A DNA stretch of 32,000 nt, taken from positions 330,001 to 362,000 of the forward strand of contig NC_014729.1 of NCBI RefSeq assembly GCF_000172995.2, in the 5' to 3' direction. The notes under the pieces are model-generated. The model ran no database searches. It was given only the letters and a program-made list of their open reading frames with translations, and was not told the origin of the DNA. Position 1 is the first letter of the stretch. Every line of letters begins with the position of its first letter. This DNA is from Halogeometricum borinquense DSM 11551. Lineage in GTDB: Archaea; Halobacteriota; Halobacteria; Halobacteriales; Haloferacaceae. A program made the position numbers and the translations under genes. Positions 24,964 to 32,000 of the stretch are shown here, one piece after another.

Positions 24964-26442
24964 TCACTCCATGGCAGCCTCCGAGTGATCGATAACCGCC
25001 CGTTTCCACGTCCCGCGGGTGAACCACGCGGCCGCCGCAATCGCGCCGAGAATCTGTCCGACGGCCATCCCGATCCAGATACCCATCTCGCCGAAGCCCT
25101 GCATGAACGAGAGATAGTAGACGATGGGAATGCGTCCGAACCAGAGCGCAAATAGCGAGAACGCAAGCGCCGTTTTCGTGTTGCCCGCGCCGCGGTACGC
25201 ACCGAGGACAGTTTGGAGGACGCCGATGAAGCCGAACTCGAAGGCACGGACACGGATGTATTCGGCACCCAGTTCGATCGTTTTCGTTGCCGAGTCGGTT
25301 CCGGTATCGATGAATACGCTGACGATAGGCTCGGCAAAGAGAAAGGCGACGACACCGATGACGACCATGACGCTCGCGCCAACCTTTGCGGCCAACCACA
25401 CCGCCCGTTCGGCGCGTTCAGGTTTCTCTGCCCCGAGATTCTGCCCGACAATCGTGTCCGTCGCTCGACCCAGTCCGAGTGCGGGGAGAAACACCAAGGA
25501 CGTGAGACGGTTGCCGAGACCGTAGGCGGCGACGACTTCGGGGGCGAACGTCACGACCATCGCCGTGAGTGTGATGAAACCGAGCGCACTCGCGGACTGT
25601 TCGAGGGCGCTCGGGACACCCAACCGGATGATTTTCTCGATGTACTCCCGTTGCGGGACGAAATCCGATACCGATACGTCGGGGCCGGCGCTGGTCCCGA
25701 AGATGACGTACAGGCCGATAACGGTGGCGACAGCGCGAGAGAGAACGGTTGCGATTGCGGCACCGGTGACGCCGTAGCCTTCGAATCCCGTCGCGGCGAA
25801 CAGCGTGGACTCGACGCCGCGGATGCCGAGCATCCCGAACAGCGGGTTCGACTCGAAGCCGAAGATGAAGATGGGGTCTACGAGGACGTTGATGGCCACG
25901 CTGATGAACATCACGACCATCGGCGCGCGCGTGTTGCCGTACCCGCGCATGAGCGAGGAGAATACGAAAAAGCCGAACAGGAACGGCAGACCGAGGAAGA
26001 ACACGCGCATGTAATCGCCCGCGTGGGGAATGACCTGTCCTGCGGTCGCGGCGGAACTCGGCAGCACGCCGAGCATCAGGTCCGTCGAGGCGAATCCGAG
26101 GAGGCCGACGACGACGGCGATAATGCTGATAAACGCGAACGTCTGTCCGGCGACGACGCCCGCGGACCCTTCCTCTTTTGCACCGGTGTACTGGGCGACG
26201 AGGATGGTTCCGGCGACTGTGAATCCCCCGCCGACGGAGATAAGCAGAAAAATAAGCGGGAAGGCGAGGCTGATGGCGGCGACCGCGTCAGTCGAGAGAC
26301 GACCGAGCCAGATGGTATCTGCGAGATTGTAGGCGACCTGTAGCAACTCGGTGACGATAATGGGCCACGCGAGTGCGAACATCGGTCGGCGCAGGTCGCC
26401 CTCTGTGAGAGAGCCACCATCTGGCGGAGGCGTTGTAGGCAC
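24964..26442 (-). CDS. MATE family efflux transporter
   Basis: The 492-aa protein has 12 TM-like segments. The N-terminal LTEGDLRRPMFALAWPIIVTELLQVAYNLADTIWLGRL is the classic MATE opening motif. The second half repeats the pattern (...RLGVPSALEQSASALGFI...). The start is GTG at 26442. Confidence 0.88.
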   Translation of the reverse strand: MPTTPPPDGGSLTEGDLRRPMFALAWPIIVTELLQVAYNLADTIWLGRLSTDAVAAISLAFPLIFLLISVGGGFTVAGTILVAQYTGAKEEGSAGVVAGQTFAFISIIAVVVGLLGFASTDLMLGVLPSSAATAGQVIPHAGDYMRVFFLGLPFLFGFFVFSSLMRGYGNTRAPMVVMFISVAINVLVDPIFIFGFESNPLFGMLGIRGVESTLFAATGFEGYGVTGAAIATVLSRAVATVIGLYVIFGTSAGPDVSVSDFVPQREYIEKIIRLGVPSALEQSASALGFITLTAMVVTFAPEVVAAYGLGNRLTSLVFLPALGLGRATDTIVGQNLGAEKPERAERAVWLAAKVGASVMVVIGVVAFLFAEPIVSVFIDTGTDSATKTIELGAEYIRVRAFEFGFIGVLQTVLGAYRGAGNTKTALAFSLFALWFGRIPIVYYLSFMQGFGEMGIWIGMAVGQILGAIAAAAWFTRGTWKRAVIDHSEAAME

Positions 26443-26592
26443 TGGACACTAGGCACGGGTGGTTTTCGTTTCAACCCGTCGAAATGGGAAGGGACCGCCG
26501 GATGTTTCGAATCGAAATACTACGCACCTCGTGGGGAGTGCGCTACGCGATCAAACGTTCGAGAGAAGTAATCCTCGGGGGAATCGACTGCG

Positions 26593-27180
26593 TTACGGCG
26601 CTTCGCCGGTTTCGATGGTGAAGTCAGCCTTGGGATAGGCGACACAGGTCAGCGTGTAGCCATCGTCGAGTTCGGCGTCGCCAAGCATCTGCTGGTTGTC
26701 GTGGACGACGTAGTCCTCGGAGCTACCACCGGAGGTAATCTGTCCGGCACAGGAGACACACTGCCCCTGTCGGCACGCGTACGGGAGGTCCATGCCTTCG
26801 TCCTCACCGGCTTCGAGGACAGTCTCGTTGTTTGCGACCTCGATAGTCGCGCCCTGTTTTGCGTACTCGACCTCGAAGTATTCGACTTCGTCCTCGGGGA
26901 TATCGGCGGGACTCGACGACTCCTCTTCGGCTTCGCCTTCGAGTTCCGCACCCTCTTCGCCGCTAGCGACTGCACCCGCGGCGACGCCGCCACCGCCGAT
27001 GGAACGGTTCATCGGTTCGGGGAAGTCCGTCTCAGGGACCGTACTCGCCCGACGTTCGAGGACCTCTTGTGAGATGTCCGCGGCGGGCGTCCACTCGGTC
27101 CCCCGCGAGAAGTGCAGGGCGACGGCCATGAGCGTCAGGGTCATACCGATACCCAGCCCCACGAGGTTGATTTCGACCAT
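26593..27180 (-). CDS. Membrane-anchored plant-type [2Fe-2S] ferredoxin
   Basis: The N-terminal TM helix is MVEINLVGLGIGMTLTLMAVALHF. A Gly/Ala/Glu-rich linker follows. The C-terminal domain carries CRQGQCVSCAG...YTLTCVAYP (CX4CX2C...C). Confidence 0.85.
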   Translation of the reverse strand: MVEINLVGLGIGMTLTLMAVALHFSRGTEWTPAADISQEVLERRASTVPETDFPEPMNRSIGGGGVAAGAVASGEEGAELEGEAEEESSSPADIPEDEVEYFEVEYAKQGATIEVANNETVLEAGEDEGMDLPYACRQGQCVSCAGQITSGGSSEDYVVHDNQQMLGDAELDDGYTLTCVAYPKADFTIETGEAP

Positions 27181-27312
27181 GCCGGCGGCTACGGAGTCGG
27201 GGGTTAAGGGGATTATGATTGTGTTTACACGGGCGGGCGGTTCGCGGGGTGCGGAGCCGAATATCTTCGACTTCGACCGAACTGTTTTGGTCTCGCTCGT
27301 TCTTTCTCTGTC

Positions 27313-27486
27313 GTGGCAAAAATCGTCTACGACGACGGCACAGGCGTCGTCGAGTACGAAGCACCGACCATTGAGTACGACAAGACGCGACGCGCGTGGG
27401 TGATCCGACAGGGTGGCGACAAACCTGTCTCCATCTACATCCCCGAAACACAGGTGTTTCGGGTGGAAAAACAGGGCGGGCGGTGA
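27313..27486 (+). CDS. Possible unlisted small protein (57 aa, GTG start)
   Basis: The translation is (M)AKIVYDDGTGVVEYEAPTIEYDKTRRAWVIRQGGDKPVSIYIPETQVFRVEKQGGR*. GC3 is strongly biased and the composition is haloarchaeal-like, in an otherwise empty 400-bp gap. It is below the ORF-track cut-off. Confidence 0.4.
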   Translation: MAKIVYDDGTGVVEYEAPTIEYDKTRRAWVIRQGGDKPVSIYIPETQVFRVEKQGGR

Positions 27487-27584
27487 CGCCGACGCAGCAC
27501 CACGGGGCGATCCGTGACAGTGAGGCCATCTCCGCGACTGTCCCGCCCTCTCCTCACAGATAACTTCGCGCCGCTCGCAGACGC

Positions 27585-28481
27585 TTACTCCTCGCGGACG
27601 ACTTCGTGCCGGCCGAATCCGTAACGCAGGCGATTCGCCAGACGGCGGGAGAACCGCCCCTCATTCCGACTGTCGAACCGCTCGGCGAGCGCTTGGTAGA
27701 TGAGCGGAACCGAAACCTCCTGTTCGAGCGCCTCCTGAACCGTCCACGTACCCGTCGAACCACCGGCGACGTGGTCGGCCACGTCGCCCAGGTCGTTGCC
27801 CTCCTCGCGGAACGCTTCCTCGCAGAGTTCGAGCAGCCACGACCGGATGACTGCACCGTTGTTCCACGTCCGTGAGACGGCTTCGAGATCGAGATCGTAG
27901 CGGCCGTTCGCCAGCAATTCGAAGCCCTCGCCGTACGCCTGCATGAGAGCGTATTCGACGCCGTTGTGGACCATCTTCACGTAGTGGCCCGATCCGGCGG
28001 GACCCATCCGGTCGTGGCCGTCGGGCCCGGTCGCAACCGCGTCGAAAACGGGCGTCAGTTCCTCGTAGGCCCACTCGGGACCGCCAATCATGAGCGAGAA
28101 GCCGAGTTCGGCACCGGCGGGACCGCCGGACGTACCGCAGTCGAGGTACGCGGCCTCGGTCGCCTCCGCGCGGCGGACGGATTCCTCGAAGTACGAGTTT
28201 CCGCCGTCCACGACCACGTCTTGTCCGTCGAGATGTGGGTCGAGTTCGTCCAGCGTCGCGTCCACCGCTTCGCCCGCGGGGACCATGAGCCAGATGCGCT
28301 TTTCGTCGCCGAGTCGGTTCATCAAGTCCTCGATGCTGGAGGCGGGTTCAGCCCCCGCGTCGGCCGCCGTTGCGACGGCTTCTTCGGAGAGGTCGAACGC
28401 CACGACGTCGTGTCCAGCGTCGAGTACGCGATTGACCACTATCTGTCCCATCCGTCCGAGTCCGATGACGCCCAGTTGCAT
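27585..28481 (-). CDS. gnd: 6-phosphogluconate dehydrogenase, decarboxylating (short Gnd-like form)
   Basis: MQLGVIGLGRMGQIVVNRVLDAGHDVVAFD is the Rossmann motif. Also present are DGGNSYF, GTSGGPAGAELGFSLMIGG, GSGHYVKMVHNGVEYALMQAYGEGF, and the C-terminal YQAL..RF.S signature. Confidence 0.9.
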   Translation of the reverse strand: MQLGVIGLGRMGQIVVNRVLDAGHDVVAFDLSEEAVATAADAGAEPASSIEDLMNRLGDEKRIWLMVPAGEAVDATLDELDPHLDGQDVVVDGGNSYFEESVRRAEATEAAYLDCGTSGGPAGAELGFSLMIGGPEWAYEELTPVFDAVATGPDGHDRMGPAGSGHYVKMVHNGVEYALMQAYGEGFELLANGRYDLDLEAVSRTWNNGAVIRSWLLELCEEAFREEGNDLGDVADHVAGGSTGTWTVQEALEQEVSVPLIYQALAERFDSRNEGRFSRRLANRLRYGFGRHEVVREE

Positions 28482-28581
28482 GCGTGGCCGTCAATCCGCG
28501 GGGGAGGTAGTGGTTCCGGTTCGCCGAGTCGCGTACGAGAACGCGACGCGCCTATGTACTGTGACACCTAAGTACAAACCA

Positions 28582-28980
28582 ATGCTCGACGAACTCCTCA
28601 GAACGGACGTCCCGACTGCTGCACCGGAAACGCCCATCGCGGATGTTGCGACGGTGATGCGTGACACCGATGCCGATGCCGTCGTCGTCCTCGATGAGGA
28701 CCGTCCGCTGGGCATCATCACGCCCGCGACGTTAGGCCGCGCCGTCGTCGCCGGAGAGGACCTCGGTTCGGAATCAGTCGCCGAACTCGTCTCCGGCGAT
28801 CCGGTGACGATTCGGCGCGTGGCGAGTCGGTCGGACCTCGTGGCCGTGTTCGCCCGCGAAGATGTCCGCGAGGCCATCGTGCTTGATGAGATGGACCAGT
28901 ACGTCGGAATCGTCTCCTTCAAGGACGTTCTCACCGCATACAGCCGGGAGTTCGACGCACTCCTCGATCTTTTGGAGTAA
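28582..28980 (+). CDS. CBS domain pair protein (132 aa)
   Basis: There are two CBS-like units (IADVATVMRDTDADAVVVLDEDRPLGIITPATL and ...REAIVLDEMDQYVGIVSFKDVL). The upstream part of ORF 28090..28980 is the antisense shadow of gnd. An alternative GTG start is at 28561. Confidence 0.8.
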   Translation: MLDELLRTDVPTAAPETPIADVATVMRDTDADAVVVLDEDRPLGIITPATLGRAVVAGEDLGSESVAELVSGDPVTIRRVASRSDLVAVFAREDVREAIVLDEMDQYVGIVSFKDVLTAYSREFDALLDLLE

Positions 28981-29037
28981 CCCTTCTCACTCTCTCGCAG
29001 ACGCGACTGTTTTTATCGCGCCGCGTGACGCTCCGAT

Positions 29038-30135
29038 ATGGACCCCAGAATCCGTGACCACGCCGAGGTACTGGTCGATTGGAGTGCGCGAATCGAGTCG
29101 GGCGACGACGTGGTGGTGAGCGTCGCCGAAGGTGCTCACGAACTCGCCGTCGCCGTCGCCGAAAAACTCGGAGAACGCGGCGCGAACGTCGTCACTACCT
29201 ACGCGTCCGACGAAGTCTTGCGCGCGTATCTGCGCGCACACGATGCGGAATTCGACTTCGGAGCGCACGAACTCGCCCTTTACGAGAACGCCGACTCAGT
29301 GCTGTTCCTCGGCGGCGGACGCAACACGTTCGCCACTGCCGACGTACCCGGCGAGACGCGGCAAGCGTCGGATCGTGCCTCCCAGCCAGTCCGCGAGGCG
29401 CGCATGGACACCGACTGGGTGTCTACCGTTCATCCGACGCGTTCGCTCGCCCAACAAGCCGGAATGGCCTACGAGGAGTACCAGCAGTTCGTCTACGATG
29501 CCGTTTGCCGCGACTGGGAGGAACTGGCCGACCAGATGGCGAATATGAAGGAGATTCTCGATGAGGGGTCGGAAGTGCGACTCGTGAAAGGCGATAACAC
29601 CGACATTCGGATGTCTATCGAGGGCCGTACGGCCGTCAACTCCGCCGCCTCCGTCGCCTACGACTCGCATAACCTCCCCTCCGGGGAAGTGTTCACCGCA
29701 CCGTACGACCCCGAGGGCGAGGTGTTCTTCGACGTGCCGATGACAATCTCCGGTTCACGCGTTCGAAACGTCCATCTCACGTTTGCGGACGGTGAAGTAA
29801 CGGATTTCACCGCCGAATCAGGGGAAGATGCCCTCGCAGAGATTTTCGACACCGACGACGGCGCGCGCCGGCTTGGTGAGCTCGGAATCGGGATGAACCG
29901 CGGTATCGACCGCTTTACGGACAATATCCTGTTCGACGAGAAAATGGGCGATACAATTCACCTCGCTGTTGGCCGCGCCTACGGCTCCTGTCTCCCCGAG
30001 GGCGAATCGGGTAACGACTCGGCCGTCCACGTGGATATGATCACGGACGTAAGCGAGGAGTCGCGGATGGACGTAGACGGGGAAGTCGTTCAGCGTAACG
30101 GCGTCTTCCGATGGGAAGACGGGTTTGAGGGCTGA
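29038..30135 (+). CDS. M29 family aminopeptidase (AmpS/PepS-like)
   Basis: [27 protein letters not shown]..., [20 protein letters not shown] and HLAVGRAY...HVDM are characteristic M29 blocks. TTTTTAT at about 29010-29016 lies about 26 nt upstream of the ATG, which suggests a leaderless transcript. Confidence 0.88.
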   Translation: MDPRIRDHAEVLVDWSARIESGDDVVVSVAEGAHELAVAVAEKLGERGANVVTTYASDEVLRAYLRAHDAEFDFGAHELALYENADSVLFLGGGRNTFATADVPGETRQASDRASQPVREARMDTDWVSTVHPTRSLAQQAGMAYEEYQQFVYDAVCRDWEELADQMANMKEILDEGSEVRLVKGDNTDIRMSIEGRTAVNSAASVAYDSHNLPSGEVFTAPYDPEGEVFFDVPMTISGSRVRNVHLTFADGEVTDFTAESGEDALAEIFDTDDGARRLGELGIGMNRGIDRFTDNILFDEKMGDTIHLAVGRAYGSCLPEGESGNDSAVHVDMITDVSEESRMDVDGEVVQRNGVFRWEDGFEG

Positions 30136-30314
30136 AGCCCGGGAAATACCCCGTTCTCGGCTCGCCGTTTTCGACCGGAAATTACAATGTGTCTATCCGC
30201 TGGTGCTTGTTGTCTCTTGTCGTACTGAGAACCGGCCGAAACAGGCACTCGACGGTAAGAGAGGGCGGAAGCGCTTTCGACGTACTTTTTACCGGCTGTC
30301 GTTACGTTCCACGC

Positions 30315-30719
30315 ATGGCAGAATTCAAGGTTGTCGTCTCCGACCCCGACGCCGGTGACACGCACCAGTTCGAGGTTGATGGACAGGACGCGAACCGATT
30401 CCTCGGCCGAGACATCGGCGACGAGGTAGACGGCGGTGCCGTCGGTCTCGACGGATTCACGCTCGAAATCACGGGCGGGTCCGACGAAGCGGGCCGTCCG
30501 ATGCGCGAGAACGTCGCCGGTTCGAACCTCAAAGAACTCCTCCTTGAGGGCGGCGTCGGTTACAAGCCGTCCCGCGACGGCGAGCGCAAGCGCGTCACCG
30601 TTCGCGGCCGTCAGGTCTCCGACGAGACGGCGCAGGTCAACGCCAAAGTCATCGATGGCGGCGACGTCGCCGCTGCACTCGGCGAGGACGACGAGGAAGA
30701 CGAAGCGGACGAAGAGTAA
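30315..30719 (+). CDS. rps6e: 30S ribosomal protein S6e
   Basis: I placed the start at ATG 30315. [64 protein letters not shown]...RKRVTVRG is the S6e signature. The tail is acidic. Confidence 0.93.
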   Translation: MAEFKVVVSDPDAGDTHQFEVDGQDANRFLGRDIGDEVDGGAVGLDGFTLEITGGSDEAGRPMRENVAGSNLKELLLEGGVGYKPSRDGERKRVTVRGRQVSDETAQVNAKVIDGGDVAAALGEDDEEDEADEE

Positions 30720-30768
30720 CTACTCACTCACCGTGTCGGAACGCGTCCCTAGCGACCACGACTCGGTG

Positions 30769-31170
30769 ATGTCGTACCGCGCGACCATCGCGCGTAGCGG
30801 CGGCACTCGCCGCCCCTGTCTCCGTCTCCCGGACGAGGTCACGGCCGTCGAAGACGGCGATATCATTCGGCTGTCCCTCGGCGGCGAACTGTTCCACGCC
30901 CGAGTGACGGCGGACAGTTCGAGCCGCCTCCTTCGCGGCGCGTACGACAACAAACGGCTCGCTCGGACACCGGGCGAGGGGACGAACCGCCTCGTCGAGT
31001 GGTGTGAAGCGACGAGCCGCGACCCCGGGTCGGCCGTCGAATTCGACGAACTCGATGCGGGCTTCTGTTACGGACTCCGCGAGCCCGGCAAGCGGACGGT
31101 GTACTCCGTCCCCTCGCGGCCAAACGAGTCGTTGGCGAACATCGCCGAGAAGTTCACGCGCGACGAATAG
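30769..31170 (+). CDS. Hypothetical protein (133 aa)
   Basis: This is the in-frame tail of ORF 30436..31170 beyond rps6e. ATG 30769 gives MSYRATIARSGGTRRPCLRLPDEVTAVEDGDIIRLSLGG... An alternative GTG is at 30733. GC3 is coding-like and I recognise no family. Confidence 0.6.
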   Translation: MSYRATIARSGGTRRPCLRLPDEVTAVEDGDIIRLSLGGELFHARVTADSSSRLLRGAYDNKRLARTPGEGTNRLVEWCEATSRDPGSAVEFDELDAGFCYGLREPGKRTVYSVPSRPNESLANIAEKFTRDE

Positions 31171-31214
31171 GCTGAGTTCACGCGACTTTTACGCTTCCGC
31201 GGGTATCTCGTCGT

Positions 31215-31694
31215 ATGAGCAAACTCGACGAGTTCCTCGCGGGCGAACGCCACGACGACGTCGCGCTGTTTCTCACACACGAGTATCTCGACAGTCAGGG
31301 GAAACTGCCCAATTTGGGCGAAGAAGTCGAGAACGGGTACGTGCTCGTCGTCCCCGGCGACGACGGCCGCCGCGCGTTCGCCGCCGGAACCGGGATGGAC
31401 GCGATGGAGTTCTCTCGCACCGCGATGGCCGAGAAAGGCCACATCGACCGTGAACTCGGCGGCGGCGAATGCCCCGACCACGACTCCGATGAGAACCATC
31501 AAGCCGAGTTCATCTTCTCGTTCTCCGAGGAGCAAAACGAGGAGGTCGGCGGTCTCTACGCTCGCGGCGACGTGGTCCACGCCTACGCACACTGCGCGTG
31601 CGGGGCGAACTATTCCGATAAGTGGGTTATCGGCGAGGAGACCGAAACGGGCGTCCAACCCGGCGAGTCCGAACCCGCAGAGGCGGACGAATAG
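31215..31694 (+). CDS. Hypothetical acidic protein (159 aa) with a Cys/His cluster
   Basis: The ORF has an ATG start. MSKLDEFLAGERHDDVALFLTHEY...GGGECPDHDSDENHQ...HAYAHCACGANYSDKW has typical haloarchaeal composition. I recognise no family with confidence. Confidence 0.65.
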   Translation: MSKLDEFLAGERHDDVALFLTHEYLDSQGKLPNLGEEVENGYVLVVPGDDGRRAFAAGTGMDAMEFSRTAMAEKGHIDRELGGGECPDHDSDENHQAEFIFSFSEEQNEEVGGLYARGDVVHAYAHCACGANYSDKWVIGEETETGVQPGESEPAEADE

Positions 31695-31733
31695 GGCGTT
31701 CGAGCGTGATCCCCGCCTCGACTGTAGCGTGGG

Positions 31734-31871
31734 TTAGACGCCGATTCTCGTCACGCCGAGTATCGCGCCACACTGGTTACATTCCCACACTCTGGCGTCA
31801 CTGAACTTCGCCGAGGTGTCGCTTTCGATGACTTCGATGAGTTCCGCTCCGCAGTCAGTACAATGTCCCAT
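31734..31871 (-). CDS. Zinc-ribbon micro-protein (45 aa)
   Basis: MGHCTDCGAELIEVIESDTSAKFSDARVWECNQCGAILGVTRIGV* has CxxC...CxxC and high GC3. TAATTATTTT (minus strand, 31896-31905) is centred about 29 nt upstream of the ATG, which suggests a leaderless transcript. It is below the ORF-track cut-off. Confidence 0.5.
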   Translation of the reverse strand: MGHCTDCGAELIEVIESDTSAKFSDARVWECNQCGAILGVTRIGV

Positions 31872-31971
31872 GTTGGTTTTCCAACACGAAGGGGCAAAAT
31901 AATTAGGGACTCGTGGATTGGTCTCTTTGCAGGACCGAACCGGTTGGCTGTTCTCAGTTCAGCGACGGCCG

Positions 31972-32000
31972 TTACGACTCCGTCTTGTCGGCCTCGTCGT
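31972..32000 (-). CDS. 3' end of a minus-strand gene that continues beyond the window
   Basis: The minus strand reads ...GAC GAG GCC GAC AAG ACG GAG TCG TAA (DEADKTES*), with all third positions G or C. The fragment is too short to identify. Confidence 0.3.

Noticed and set aside
24795-26474. ORFs 24795..25451 (minus strand), 25213..26343 (plus), 26076..26474 (minus) and others overlapping the MATE gene
   Set aside because: They are highly Arg/Asp/Ser-biased shadows. The MATE frame has 12 hydrophobic segments and the canonical N-terminal motif.
28090-28560. N-terminal 157 codons of ORF 28090..28980
   Set aside because: This part is the antisense shadow of gnd and is Ser/Pro/Ala-rich. Only the CBS-pair portion from ATG 28582 looks genuine.
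30436-30768. N-terminal part of ORF 30436..31170 overlapping rps6e out of frame
   Set aside because: It overlaps the unambiguous S6e frame. The real gene most likely starts at 30769 (or at GTG 30733), after the rps6e stop.
31068-31658. 196-aa minus-strand ORF opposite the two hypothetical genes at 30769-31694
   Set aside because: It spans an intergenic gap and two plus-strand ORFs that have better acidic, GC3-biased coding character. It is judged a shadow ORF.

Overview
This window looks like chromosomal DNA from a haloarchaeon (class Halobacteria). The evidence is a visibly GC-rich sequence with GC-rich third codon positions, strongly acidic (D/E-rich) proteins, AT-rich TATA-like boxes about 25-30 nt upstream of many ATGs (leaderless transcripts), an archaeal ribosomal protein S6e gene and bat-type HTH_10 regulators. 

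Content by region:
- 130-8764 (minus strand): an 11-gene, translationally coupled anaerobic-type cobalamin (B12) operon. Order of transcription is cbiT-cbiL-cbiF-cbiG-cbiH paralog-cbiH-ferredoxin-unknown 222 aa-cbiX/2Fe-2S fusion-unknown 125 aa-PQQ-like beta-propeller.
- 8930-11268 (plus strand): the cobalt ECF importer cbiMNQO, divergent from the operon across a shared AT-rich control region.
- 11.3-19 kb, a more accessory stretch: two HTH_10 regulators, a large Gate/YjiH-like membrane protein, an AT-rich non-coding patch with inverted-repeat (MITE/IS-remnant-like) architecture, an Lrp/AsnC regulator, an ABC-2 exporter pair with a 36-bp in-frame tandem repeat, and a SAM methyltransferase.
- 19.3-23.5 kb: NifU-like protein, DtxR-family metalloregulator, a class I glutamine amidotransferase and catalase-peroxidase KatG.
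- 23.8-24.9 kb: a wHTH-antitoxin/MazF-like toxin pair bracketed by 38-bp direct repeats derived from the 3' end of an adjacent tRNA-Arg(CCG).
- 24.9-32 kb: a MATE exporter, a membrane-anchored plant-type 2Fe-2S ferredoxin, 6-phosphogluconate dehydrogenase, a CBS-pair protein, an M29 aminopeptidase, rps6e and several small or hypothetical proteins.

No CRISPR array, rRNA gene or intact transposase was seen. 

The most interesting candidates for undescribed biology are:
- the four non-canonical genes welded into the B12 operon;
- the Cys-periodic N-terminal extension on CbiH;
- the tRNA-flanked TA islet;
- the inverted-repeat-bounded element at 13.56-14.12 kb.

All functional calls come from by-eye motif recognition in the supplied translations. 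No database search was run. CDS coordinates include the stop codon.
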